From positions 11,953 through 75,952 of the forward strand of contig JAHDCL010000001.1 in NCBI GenBank assembly GCA_020629875.1: DNA of 64,000 bases, written 5' to 3'. A program made the position numbers and the translations under genes. Origin of the DNA: Hellea sp. (GTDB taxonomy: Bacteria > Pseudomonadota > Alphaproteobacteria > Caulobacterales > Maricaulaceae). The notes below the pieces were generated by a model. It was not told the DNA's origin, made no database searches, and saw nothing but the letters and a program-made list of their open reading frames with translations. Below, piece by piece: positions 9,972 to 20,000 of the stretch (the stretch's first letter is position 1; each line of letters opens with the position of its first letter).

Positions 9972-9987
9972 TTAACGGTCAATTAAC
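9972..9987 (+). promoter_or_regulatory. CtrA box (TTAA-CGGTCAA-TTAAC)
   Basis: Perfect TTAA-N7-TTAAC about 85 bp upstream of the GGDEF gene. Confidence 0.65.
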
Positions 9988-10070
9988 TGCTATGATTTGG
10001 GCTTTCTTAACATCGTTGGGTCTATACTGGGGCAATCCGTAGGGTTTCCGGGTGAGGATAGGAAGAATTT

Positions 10071-10694
10071 ATGGCTGCATCTCGCGTCTCATCAGTGCTG
10101 CAAACAGGTGCAAGCCGTGTCTTGGACCGCCGTCATGCGCTTGATTCTGAGTTAATTTCGGAAAACGAATCTTTATCCTCAGAGGTCGCGCGTTTGCGTT
10201 TGCGTGTTCTTGAGTTAGAACGCGCGGCTGACACAGACCCCTTAGTGCCTGTTTATAATCGTCGTGCCTTCATGCGTGAAGTCGCGCGCGCTCAAACAGT
10301 GATGGCCCGTTACGACATGCTGTCTTCAATCGTTTTCTTCGACTTGAATGGATTTAAGTCCATTAATGACCGTTTTGGTCATGGCATAGGTGATGAACTT
10401 CTGATGAAAACTGGGAAGGTTTTGCTAGAGGGTGTACGTGATTGCGATATGGTTGCGCGCTTAGGCGGAGACGAGTTTGGGATTCTGTTATTCAAAACAA
10501 ATCCAACAGTTGCGAATGCCAAAGCGTCGACCTTGGCCTGCAGAATTTCCGAGGAATTTGTTGAGATGCCAACAGGCAATGTAAGCGTAACAGCAGCTTG
10601 GGGTGTCGCCCCTTGTGAGTCCGATGACACGCCAGAGCAAATATTAGCGCGAGCTGATCGCGCCATGTACATAGCTAAGAAGCGAACGAACTAA
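10071..10694 (+). CDS. Diguanylate cyclase (coiled coil + GGDEF)
   Basis: RLGGDEF active site; RDCD I-site (RxxD). Confidence 0.9.
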   Translation: MAASRVSSVLQTGASRVLDRRHALDSELISENESLSSEVARLRLRVLELERAADTDPLVPVYNRRAFMREVARAQTVMARYDMLSSIVFFDLNGFKSINDRFGHGIGDELLMKTGKVLLEGVRDCDMVARLGGDEFGILLFKTNPTVANAKASTLACRISEEFVEMPTGNVSVTAAWGVAPCESDDTPEQILARADRAMYIAKKRTN

Positions 10695-10930
10695 GCAATT
10701 ATATCCGGCGTAAGCTGGTTCTCTAGGAAGGTTATCTGATCCTTTAGAGACAGCTTAATTTTTTTCATTCTCCGAACTTTCAGCATGTCGGCAACGCCAG
10801 TTTCAATGAGGGCCTTAATTTCAACATCAATACGGCGATGCTCTGTACGAAGACTGTTTAAAAGGTCTTCGAGTTCAGCTTCACTGGGCTCGTTGTCAGC
10901 CTGAATATCCTCATCAAAATCATCGCTCAT
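10691..10930 (-). CDS. YdcH/DUF465 family protein
   Basis: EHRRID...KKIKLSLKD...PDIIA; start at ATG 10930. Confidence 0.85.
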   Translation of the reverse strand: MSDDFDEDIQADNEPSEAELEDLLNSLRTEHRRIDVEIKALIETGVADMLKVRRMKKIKLSLKDQITFLENQLTPDIIA

Positions 10931-11031
10931 GAGTATAGCATTACGCCACCTTAATACCTCTCGCAAGATATAGGCATGACTCTTAGCAAATTTTATGTTA
11001 CGCAGGCTTTATCACAAATATGGAGGTGTGA

Positions 11032-11208
11032 ATGGCAGTATCGGCCCGTTTAGAACAACTCTCATCCAAGCATTTAACGCTTGAAAAGCAAATCCAGCAG
11101 GAAATGCGAAGTCCATTGCCCGATACATTGCGAATATCACAGCTCAAAAAGCAGAAACTCCAAATAAAAGATATGATAAACGATTTCGGGGAATCTGTTC
11201 GCGCCTAA
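11032..11208 (+). CDS. Second YdcH/DUF465 family protein (58 aa, below ORF-track cutoff)
   Basis: Hand-translated MAVSARLEQLSSKHLTLEKQIQQEMRSPLPDTLRISQLKKQKLQIKDMINDFGESVRA; GGAGG RBS. Confidence 0.85.
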   Translation: MAVSARLEQLSSKHLTLEKQIQQEMRSPLPDTLRISQLKKQKLQIKDMINDFGESVRA

Positions 11209-11270
11209 TTTTGTTGGCTTGACCTTTAAGCTTTAAAGGCGTTTTATCTCCGCTAGTTTGAAGGTTTTTT

Positions 11271-12083
11271 ATGTCTGATCGCGTATTTATTGTTACTGGC
11301 GCTGCGCGCGGTATTGGATTTGCCTGTGCACGCCGTCTCCTAGAAGACGGCTACAAAGTCGTCTTAGCAGATTCGGATCAGTCTAATGGGCGTAAGGCAA
11401 TATCCGAATTGGGTGTTGGCGACGATAAGGCTGTCTTCGTTGAATGTGATGTTGCGGAAAAACTAGAGGTTCATAACTTAATCGCTGCCGCCCTAGCTAA
11501 CTATGGGCGTATTGACGGCCTTATTAATAATGCGGGGATTGCACTTAAAGGTGGGTCACTTGATTTGTCCGAGGCCGACTTCGATCGGGTGCTGGCTGTG
11601 AACTTGCGCGGGGCCTTCCTAGTCTCAAAAGCGGTTGCACAATATATGGTACAGGAAATTGAGGGCAGAGATGATCGCTCTCGCCTCACGGAGCGCCCGT
11701 ACTCGATAATTAATATGTCCTCTATCAATGACACTGTGGCGATCCCAGACTACCTCGCTTACACGGTATCCAAAGGTGGCTTACTGCAGATGACGAGAGC
11801 AATGGCGCTGGAGCTTGCGCCTTATGGCATTCGTGTAAATGCGATTGGGCCAGGATCTGTCAAAACGGATATGCTCTCTGGTGTGGCCGGGGATGCTTTA
11901 GAGAAAATACACTCTCGCACGCCCTTAGGCCGAATTGCCTTGCCCGATGAGGTTGCCGGAGTCGCGTCATTCTTAGCTGGCGAGGATAGCAGTTATATCA
12001 CTGGCCAATGTATTTATGTAGATGGCGGGCGACTCGCGCTCAATTACACAATGCCGCCCCAGGCGCTTCTGGAAGATATTTAA
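11271..12083 (+). CDS. SDR family oxidoreductase
   Basis: TGAARGIG, NNAG and YTVSK motifs. Confidence 0.92.
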   Translation: MSDRVFIVTGAARGIGFACARRLLEDGYKVVLADSDQSNGRKAISELGVGDDKAVFVECDVAEKLEVHNLIAAALANYGRIDGLINNAGIALKGGSLDLSEADFDRVLAVNLRGAFLVSKAVAQYMVQEIEGRDDRSRLTERPYSIINMSSINDTVAIPDYLAYTVSKGGLLQMTRAMALELAPYGIRVNAIGPGSVKTDMLSGVAGDALEKIHSRTPLGRIALPDEVAGVASFLAGEDSSYITGQCIYVDGGRLALNYTMPPQALLEDI

Positions 12084-12085
12084 AC

Positions 12086-12757
12086 TTAGCCTTCAGACGG
12101 CTTGAACAAGCTTTCAAGTGTGTGTTCAACCTTGGGGGCCTCTTCTGCCGACGGAGAAGGCGTAGCGTCTTCTACGGGCTTCAGGCTTTCACCTTGTTCC
12201 TTAGCGAGCTTAGCATCTGCTTTCGCTTTTTTATCAGCGGCCTTTTTGACAAGAAGGTCAAGGTCAATTTGGGTGCATAAACCTAAGGAAACTGGATCCG
12301 TTGGATTGATTGTATTAATTTTCCAATGTGTGCGCTCACGAATGGCATTGATCGTCGGTTTTGTTGTGCCAATCAGTTTCGAGATTTGTGCATCTGTGAC
12401 TTCTGGGTGGTTGCGAACGATCCATGCAATCGCGTCTGGTCGGTCCTGACGGCGCGACAATGGTGTATAGCGCGGCCCTTTTTTCTTACCCTTCTTGGGC
12501 TGGAGCGTATCACTGTCGAAAGTGTTAGGCTTCATTGCGTAATTTGGATTCCGTTCAGCCTTTTCGATTTCCTCACGACTTACCTGGCCATTGGCAATAG
12601 GGTCGGCACCGCGAATCCCTGCTGCAACATCGCCATCAGCGATACCTTCAACCTCGAGAATATGTAGTGAGCAAAATTCACTAATCTGCTTAAAGGTCAT
12701 ACCAGTGTTATCAATAAGCCAAACAGCAGTGGCTTTGGGCATAAGAATTTGTGTCAT
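12086..12757 (-). CDS. trcR: Cell-cycle transcription regulator TrcR (DUF1013)
   Basis: LMPKATAVWLIDNT and GPRYTPLSRRQDRPDAIAW; ATG 12757 with GGAGG. Confidence 0.88.
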   Translation of the reverse strand: MTQILMPKATAVWLIDNTGMTFKQISEFCSLHILEVEGIADGDVAAGIRGADPIANGQVSREEIEKAERNPNYAMKPNTFDSDTLQPKKGKKKGPRYTPLSRRQDRPDAIAWIVRNHPEVTDAQISKLIGTTKPTINAIRERTHWKINTINPTDPVSLGLCTQIDLDLLVKKAADKKAKADAKLAKEQGESLKPVEDATPSPSAEEAPKVEHTLESLFKPSEG

Positions 12758-12780
12758 TTCGGCCTCCAAATTTAGCCATT

Positions 12781-12803
12781 AAAAAAACCCCGCTCGGCGG
12801 GGT
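12781..12803 (-). terminator. Terminator-like hairpin in the trcR leader
   Basis: Minus strand ACCCCGC-CGA-GCGGGGT followed by T run. Confidence 0.55.
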
Positions 12804-12885
12804 CATTTTTGGTTGAAAACCCTCGTTCCCAACTCAGTGAAACTAATATAAGACGATTGAAGAAATTTAGCAAGGGGAGTCTGAC

Positions 12886-13074
12886 ATGGATGATGATATG
12901 CGCCAATCCGAAACACTGTTTCAAATTGGCGAAGACCTATACGGGATTTCTGTGGATGAATTGAATAGCCGGTTGAGCGTATTGAAGGGTGAAATTAAGC
13001 GTATTGAGCTAGAGTTAGCCAAGAAAACCGCTGATTTATCGGCAGCAGACCTTCTCTTTAAACCGAAAAGTTGA
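12886..13074 (+). CDS. DUF1192 family protein
   Basis: IGEDLYGISVDEL...RI..LK.EI.R; usual neighbour of rcdA. Confidence 0.8.
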   Translation: MDDDMRQSETLFQIGEDLYGISVDELNSRLSVLKGEIKRIELELAKKTADLSAADLLFKPKS

Positions 13075-13174
13075 ATATGACTAATTTCGCCCGGTCTGGC
13101 CTGGCTCTTGCAAACGTTAACAGCAACGTTAAACAGGATAGCATCGTGGGACTGTCCAAACCGGAAAAGAACTA

Positions 13175-13744
13175 ATGAGCGCTACACATAATACAGACGC
13201 CGCAACGGTCGCCCTTATGGATACATTGACCCCACAAGCCGAAGCTCGGCTCATGGAATTCACCAAATCTGAGCTGTTTAGTAAGACCTTTCGCGAAGGT
13301 ATGGATATGGTTGAAGAAACGGCGGCCTATCTTGATGGGCCTGGTCGCCAAGATAGCAAAAAGCTCGGTCGAAATGACGCCCTGACTTATGCTAGTCAAT
13401 CCATGCGCCTCACCACACGTTTGATGCAGGTCGCTAGCTGGCTTCTCGTTCAGCGGGCGCTTAAGGAGGGCGAAATGAGCTCTTCCGAGGCGCGCCAAGA
13501 TAAGTACCGAATTGTAGCAGAGGCGAAATCTGAGGATGGGCTCAGCTTTTCAGATGTTGCCAAGGATGCCTATGCTTTGCCTGCCAGGCTTCTTGATTTA
13601 TTAGCACGGTCTGAGTCTCTTTATGAGCGCATCATGCGTTTGGACCGCTCACTATATGGCTCCATCGCGGCGCAAAAGGGAAACACTGTTGCTGATCAAA
13701 TCAGTCGATTAGAAGCGGCTTTCGGGCGCGTGGCTACTGGCTAA
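13175..13744 (+). CDS. rcdA: Regulator of CtrA degradation RcdA (DUF1465)
   Basis: EGMDMVEETAAYLDGPGR and SMRLTTRLMQVASWLL. Confidence 0.92.
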   Translation: MSATHNTDAATVALMDTLTPQAEARLMEFTKSELFSKTFREGMDMVEETAAYLDGPGRQDSKKLGRNDALTYASQSMRLTTRLMQVASWLLVQRALKEGEMSSSEARQDKYRIVAEAKSEDGLSFSDVAKDAYALPARLLDLLARSESLYERIMRLDRSLYGSIAAQKGNTVADQISRLEAAFGRVATG

Positions 13745-13771
13745 CACTTTTCTCAGCGCATTGATGAAAAT

Positions 13772-13801
13772 AAAAAAGGCGGCTCTTGAAGCCGCCTTTT
13801 T
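13772..13801. terminator. Bidirectional intrinsic terminator (rcdA/rpmE)
   Basis: AAAAAAGGCGGCT-loop-AGCCGCCTTTTT. Confidence 0.88.
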
Positions 13802-13821
13802 CTTTAAAACTGTAAGAGACC

Positions 13822-14043
13822 TTAAACGCCAAAACCTGCGAATTTGTCTTTGAAGCGAGAAACGCGTCCGCCGCGGTCCATCATCTTACCTTCGCCGCCT
13901 GTCCAGGCTGGGTGGGTCTTTGAATCGATATCGAGGACGAGTGTGTCGCCTTCTTTACCATATGTGGAACGTGTTTGATAAGTCGAACCGTCAACCATCT
14001 GTACGGTAATCATGTGATAATCTGGGTGAGTATCTTTTTTCAT
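13822..14043 (-). CDS. rpmE: 50S ribosomal protein L31
   Basis: [10 protein letters not shown]...HPAWTGG...GRVSRF. Confidence 0.96.
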   Translation of the reverse strand: MKKDTHPDYHMITVQMVDGSTYQTRSTYGKEGDTLVLDIDSKTHPAWTGGEGKMMDRGGRVSRFKDKFAGFGV

Positions 14044-14193
14044 TTTCTGGCTCCTTAGCCTTTGGTCACGGGTTTACTTTGGGTGGTCCCCCGCTCAGAA
14101 GGCGCGATATAGGGCAGGGCGCGTGAGGGGTCAAGTAGGGATAACTTATGCAGCTTAGCGATTAACTCAAGTTTTACCGTAAGCTTTAAACGG

Positions 14194-15468
14194 GTGATTA
14201 GGCTTCTTATATATAAAAAGGAGATGGCAACGCTTGCACATAGTGATGAACATGGCCTTTGGATGCATTTTGCAACATTTGAAGGACCCGATGAAAGCTA
14301 TCCGGATATCACCTTAATCCCCATGATTCATGTCGCAAATAAAGACTTTTTGCGCGAGGCTCATGCTGAAACATGGCGTTATGATTTTGCCCTTTATGAA
14401 GGGGCCTATATACCCATGTCATCAATCTTTAGGCACATATATCCATTTATTGCGAAAGCTGTTGGCCTTACGCCTCAAGGTTCAGGTAAAGTTTCTTTGA
14501 AGCTACAAGGCTGGAAGAAAGCACATGAAGGTGCCCCTCGTGAACGGATTATGGTTAAAACTTTCAACACAGCAGAGCTCAAACTGTCGCGAAGGCAGAA
14601 ACAAATTATCGCGGATATGGATAAAAAAGAGTTTTCAAAGGCCATCAAAGATATGCCTTTAAGTGCCAAGTTGGCATTCCCTTTTTTATTAGTCGCTTTT
14701 TTGTTCATCGCGCCTTTTACAGCTAAAAGAGAAGATTTTTTCAGCTTGATTGAGGATAAGTCTGACGATGGTAAAGATGGTTTTTTTGATCGATGCATAC
14801 GCCATTATTTTAAGTATGCATTAGAGGATAGAGACGCGTTTTTGCACTTCGTTCTGAAAAATGGAGTGGAGAGATGTAAGGAGCATCAACTGAGCTTATG
14901 TGTTCAATATGGGCAGGGACACATGAAGTCACTGGTGTCATTTATGCAAAGTGAATTAAATTATAAGCCTAAACATTCGCGTAAAGTTTTAGCTATTTCT
15001 AAGACAAAGAGAATGTCCTTGAAAGGATTACAAACAGGTTATGGTGAAGCTTATGCAGCTTATAAATATTTACCGTCAAATATGTCCGATGAGCATCAGA
15101 AATATGATCGTAAAATGACATCTACAGAGGCTCGGCTTGCGGCTTGGGATAAGGTTTGCAAGCAGGAAAAGAAGAAGCAAGTCCAAGACTCTTACCCATT
15201 TTCTCGAGAAAAAATTATGAAAGCATGGGCGAGTTGTAGCCCTACAACAGCTAGTTATAGTTTTCCTGTTGGAGAGAGGGTATCCGTAACAGAAGCTGAA
15301 TTGAAAGTTGAAAATATTAATGGAACTGAGGGCTACTCAGTAGACACTGAATATTCTCAGCCAACTTACTCTTTTGGTTATTACAAGCCGACTTCTTCTT
15401 TTGAAAACTCCCTAAAAGTGGACAAATCTTTGGTCTATGTTGTGAAGCCCAAGACGGACGCCGCCTAA
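14194..15468 (+). CDS. Hypothetical protein, possibly TraB/GumN-like
   Basis: 424-aa ORF; LIPMIHV, LYEG, RD and YGQGHM motifs; AT-rich. Confidence 0.55.
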   Translation: MIRLLIYKKEMATLAHSDEHGLWMHFATFEGPDESYPDITLIPMIHVANKDFLREAHAETWRYDFALYEGAYIPMSSIFRHIYPFIAKAVGLTPQGSGKVSLKLQGWKKAHEGAPRERIMVKTFNTAELKLSRRQKQIIADMDKKEFSKAIKDMPLSAKLAFPFLLVAFLFIAPFTAKREDFFSLIEDKSDDGKDGFFDRCIRHYFKYALEDRDAFLHFVLKNGVERCKEHQLSLCVQYGQGHMKSLVSFMQSELNYKPKHSRKVLAISKTKRMSLKGLQTGYGEAYAAYKYLPSNMSDEHQKYDRKMTSTEARLAAWDKVCKQEKKKQVQDSYPFSREKIMKAWASCSPTTASYSFPVGERVSVTEAELKVENINGTEGYSVDTEYSQPTYSFGYYKPTSSFENSLKVDKSLVYVVKPKTDAA

Positions 15469-16304
15469 CCCACTCGTTCGATGAGTGGTCCGTAAAGCGG
15501 TTCATTGGTGACAATGATATCGCCCGTTTCCAATACGTCACCGTCGGTTAGGCTCTCGACTCTCAATCCTGCTTCTTTCGCGATTAATACGCCTGCAGCG
15601 ATGTCCCAGACCGCCAGCCCGCGTTCCCAAAAACCGTCATAACGGCCGGCCGCTGTCCAGGCGAGGTCGAGGGCGGCTGAACCCATGCGTCTTACGCCCG
15701 AGCTATGGCCCATGACTTGATGAAGTTCTTTGAGGAACTTGGCGTGACCTGGGCGTCCCAGAAACGGGATGCCCGTAGCAAATAAACTGTCTTGGAAAAT
15801 GTCGCGCCGCGAAGGACGAAGACGGCGGTCACCGCCGCCGCGTGTCCCATCATTCAAAAACGCGCCTTTACCTTTTTCGGCAAAGAACATTTCATCTGTG
15901 ATAGGGTTATAAATAAGGCCGGCGACTAGCTCTTTAGGGTTGCCGTCAATTTCACGTTCCAGAGCGATGGAAATCGCGAAATGCGGAATTCCATGCAGGA
16001 AATTCGTGGTGCCATCGAGCGGATCAATAATGAAACGATGTGTTTTATCGGAGCCTATAATCTCGCCGCTTTCTTCAGCGAGCACACTGTAGCCTGGGCG
16101 GTCGCGTAAGAGATTTTCAATTATGGTTTCTTCAGCCTTTTTGTCAGCTTTGGACACAAAATCGGCAGGCCCTTTGCGGGCAACTTGAAGATGCTCAACT
16201 TCGCCAAAATCGCGTAGGAGGTTGCGAGATGCCTTACGCGCTGCAAATTGCATCACTCGCATTATTGGCGAGAGATGGCTTGTGGTTTCGGTCATAGCAC
16301 TCAT
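15465..16304 (-). CDS. suhB: Inositol monophosphatase family (SuhB)
   Basis: [18 protein letters not shown] and WDIAAG motifs. Confidence 0.9.
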   Translation of the reverse strand: MSAMTETTSHLSPIMRVMQFAARKASRNLLRDFGEVEHLQVARKGPADFVSKADKKAEETIIENLLRDRPGYSVLAEESGEIIGSDKTHRFIIDPLDGTTNFLHGIPHFAISIALEREIDGNPKELVAGLIYNPITDEMFFAEKGKGAFLNDGTRGGGDRRLRPSRRDIFQDSLFATGIPFLGRPGHAKFLKELHQVMGHSSGVRRMGSAALDLAWTAAGRYDGFWERGLAVWDIAAGVLIAKEAGLRVESLTDGDVLETGDIIVTNEPLYGPLIERVG

Positions 16305-16867
16305 TTATCTGCGCGCTTAACGTAAGAGCCGTCTTCGGTGAGGATCACGAGTTTTTCGCCAACACCGACAAAAGGCGGCACATTTGTGCGCACGCCATTA
16401 GAGAGCGTTGCAGGCTTGAAAGAGTTTGCAGCCGTCTGGCCTTTCACGACAGGTTCTGTGTCGGCTACTTCGAGGATAACTTGCTCGGGCAGGGCGATGG
16501 AGATCGCGCGCTCTTCGTAAAATTCGACGTCCACAGCCATGCCGTCTGTTAAGTAAACGGCTTGGTCACCGACAAATTCTGATTGTAAGTTGATCTGTTC
16601 GTAGTTTTCGGAATTCATAAAGACGAGCATTTCGCCCTCGGCATATAGGAACGTATGAGGTTTTTGCTCAAGACGCACGCGCTCAACCGTTTCAGCCGCG
16701 CGAAAGCGCTCATTAAGCTTACGCCCATCGAGAATGTTCTTAAGTTCGACCTGATTAAAGGCTCCGCCTTTACCAGGCTTCACCGCATTACACTTCACCG
16801 CAACCCAAAGCGTATCTTGGTGCTTAATAATGTTGCCTTGACGGATTTCGTTGCCGTTAATTTTCAT
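16301..16867 (-). CDS. efp: Elongation factor P
   Basis: [14 protein letters not shown] and VPPF motifs. Confidence 0.97.
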   Translation of the reverse strand: MKINGNEIRQGNIIKHQDTLWVAVKCNAVKPGKGGAFNQVELKNILDGRKLNERFRAAETVERVRLEQKPHTFLYAEGEMLVFMNSENYEQINLQSEFVGDQAVYLTDGMAVDVEFYEERAISIALPEQVILEVADTEPVVKGQTAANSFKPATLSNGVRTNVPPFVGVGEKLVILTEDGSYVKRADK

Positions 16868-16969
16868 ATTTCTGTCTCGCGTCTCGCGTGGATTTGCGCA
16901 CCCTTAGAGCAAATATTCCAGGATGTGAACCACTTTGACCATTCCATGTATAAATAGCTTAAAACTACA

Positions 16970-17005
16970 AAAGAAAACGGAGCAAGCCGTATGGCTTTGC
17001 TCCGT
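16970..17005 (-). terminator. Probable terminator of the ABC/M1 operon
   Basis: ACGGAGCAA...TTGCTCCGT stem followed on minus strand by TTTCTTTT. Confidence 0.6.
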
Positions 17006-17045
17006 CAAGTTGCGCCCCGCCTAAGCGGAAGCCGTTGGAAGGTGG

Positions 17046-20000
17046 TCATTCGCTCAATGCGAGCTTTTTAGCTGGTTGTTTCACGTTGTTTTTCACATTC
17101 CGTTCGATAAGAGATCGCTTGGGATCCAGCACGACATACGTCGGTTTTTGGTCTAGAGTGAACTCTTGAATAGATTCAGCCGTAGTGAGATTGACGAAGC
17201 GTGTCGCGAAGGGTGAAGCGCCTAAGTTATTTTTGGGGTCTTCACTATAGAAACCAATTTCAACCCACTCATTTAATTCTGCGTCGGCAATTTCTGTAAC
17301 TGACGTTTCTTTGCCATCTTCCTCGGACGCATATTTTTTATCGACCTTGATTGGGAGCACTATGTCAAAGTACTCGCCTTTGGCGGTGACCTTAATTTCA
17401 TCCGTGAAAGATAGGTCCCAGAATGTAATCTTGTTCCAGTAATCCTCGATGAGCTGATGGTACTTCGGATCTGTTTCCTCTTTTAGAAGGTCAATTAACT
17501 CTAGCGTCGTAGGGTATGGCGCACCGTTTGTTCCGTGATATTCCGTTAAGAAACGTTTAACGGCTCGCTGGATATTCTCATTCCCCATTGTGTGACGCAT
17601 CCCCCAGAAAACCCAACTTGTTTTATTATAGTTGAGGTAGTTCTGGCCTTCAGCCTTAGCTAAAACGGGTTCATCATCTCTCTCAAAGGTTCTTTGCGCG
17701 AGATATTGCACGGTCGAACGCTCTTCGTGAACACGGCGGGCTTTCACGTAGTCATATTGTCGTTCATAGGCCAGCATAGTGGCATTTTCTGTAAGCCCTT
17801 CGGAGAGAAGATTCGAGCCTTTAGCATAGGCACCGATTAGCTGATGGGCGAACCATTGATGACCAATCTCGTGCATCGTCACATAAGTTGCAAAGTCGAC
17901 GCGTTCGGGATCCTCAGCATCTCCGGGATCCTGAACAAAGCCAATATTCTCTGAAAAGGGAACTGTTCCGGCGAAAGCCTGCGCAAAGCTTGCGTAGGGA
18001 AACTCCATAATCCGAAGCTGGGCGTATTGATAGGGACTGAAAGTTTCCGAGAAAGTGTCCATAGCTGTTTTCATTGCATCAAACATGATGTCGATATTGA
18101 AATTATGGGCTGGGTGGAAATAAATTTCCAGCTCGACATCGTCGCCAATCGGATTGCTCCAAACTTCCTTACGCACCTCATACTCTGCTGACAGGAATGA
18201 GAAAAAATTATGAATTGGCTTAATTGACTTATAGCTACGGCAACGGCGACCGCCCTCGATGGTTTCTCCTTCGAACTTGCCGGGGGCAACAGGTATTTGG
18301 CTTTCAGCAGTGCAGACTTGCGCGTCAAAATCTACATAGTCTGCATAGCCAGAAAAACCCGTTAGCAAGTTAAAGCGTCGCGCATCTTCATCGTCACGAT
18401 CCGGCCACTGAACGCGCTCCCCTAAATCATATTTGCGGCGCTTATCTGGGTCGTTCAAAAACCCAGCCTTAAGGTTACCGAAGACTAACAGCGCGTCTGT
18501 GTTATCTACAAATGTTCCGTTGCGCGCAATGTCAGATCCCTCGGTAAGAGTTGGAGGGACGAATTTGGTTGCGAACTTCACCTCTCGGCTTTCACCTGGG
18601 GCGATGGGTGGATTGAAGCTAACTTCTAATAGGCTGTGCTTCTCTCGCAGTTCGTCAGCGAAATCAGTGCCTTTAATCACGCGGCCACCTTCAATCTCGA
18701 GCAGGGTGATATTTTTTGGACCTACACCTGAGAAGACAGTCGTGCGAGCCAAGGGTTCATCATGCGGATTGTCAATAATGTACCGTCCGGTAAACTCTGC
18801 CGTCTGTTGATTTGGATAGAACTCGGCTCTGACGCTGACCTTTGTGATACGCGGCTCTGGATCTTGCCAAATATCCCCGACGAATTTTTCAAACTCCGCT
18901 TGATTAGCCTCCTGCTGATCGGAGTTCATATAATTTTCGGCTTTATAGCTTTGCAGACCTGCATAACCGAATCCGACGAAAGCGAAGAGGCCGACCAAAG
19001 CCGTGGCGATTGAGGGGAGGCTCATCCGTTTGCTAATGTTCTTCAGGCGTGTTTTTAATCCAATCTGATAGCCGCGGCGCCAAACCCACATCGATAGCGC
19101 TCCCAGAATTAGGATGAGACCCATCCAATAAGCGAACTCCCAACCGAAGCTCTTGGGATTGGAAAACCCACCCATCTCAGAATAGCCGCCCGCGCCAACA
19201 TCCCCAAAGTTCATCAGCGGATGATAGAAGGGGAGTTGCCCGATGAAGAATATAAGGCCGATCAAAACAGCGCCGCTTACCAACATGCCGATAATTCGAC
19301 CTGGCATGAAATTTTGAATAAACATGACGAGCATGCCCTGGAAGAAAAAGCCTACAAAGAAACTTACAATGCCAATGGCCAAAAATGTTCCCGGAACAAC
19401 GGGTACGCGCCCCCAGCCAAAACCGAGTTGCGCAATCATGCCAGCCAGTAAGAGGCCCATCACCAGCGTCAGTAGAAGTAAAGCTAGAGCGCCCCATTTT
19501 GCGAATAGAAGAGAACTATCCCGTACGGGCGTGGCGTCCAATATTCCATGGAGATTGGCCGTGCGATCCCGCCACATTATGTCAGAGCCGAAGAAGACCA
19601 TGATAATCAACATCGGGAAGAGCAGCGAGCCCAAAGCGACTTGGGTCATAAAGCTAGAAGTTGGCAGCGTTGTGCTTGCTCCCATAAACATGGTCACCAA
19701 TAGAACTAATCCGAAGAGAGCAAAGGCTATTCCAATGAGTATAACGAAGGCCGTGCTGCGGACTGTCGACAAATACTCAAATTTTATGCGGGCCCAGAAT
19801 GCCTGCAAGGTAAAATCCGCGCCTAAGTTAGGCTGAACCGGCGTGACTTGTTTCGGGGTTTCCGCTGGAGCAGCTGCATCATTACGGCGTTTCCCTTTGC
19901 GAAGATGAATACCTCGTGATGAAAGCAGAAATGAGAGGCTAAACAAAGCCATTCCCAAAACTCCATAAATCAATCGGTTAATTCCAACCCAGCCCGTAAA

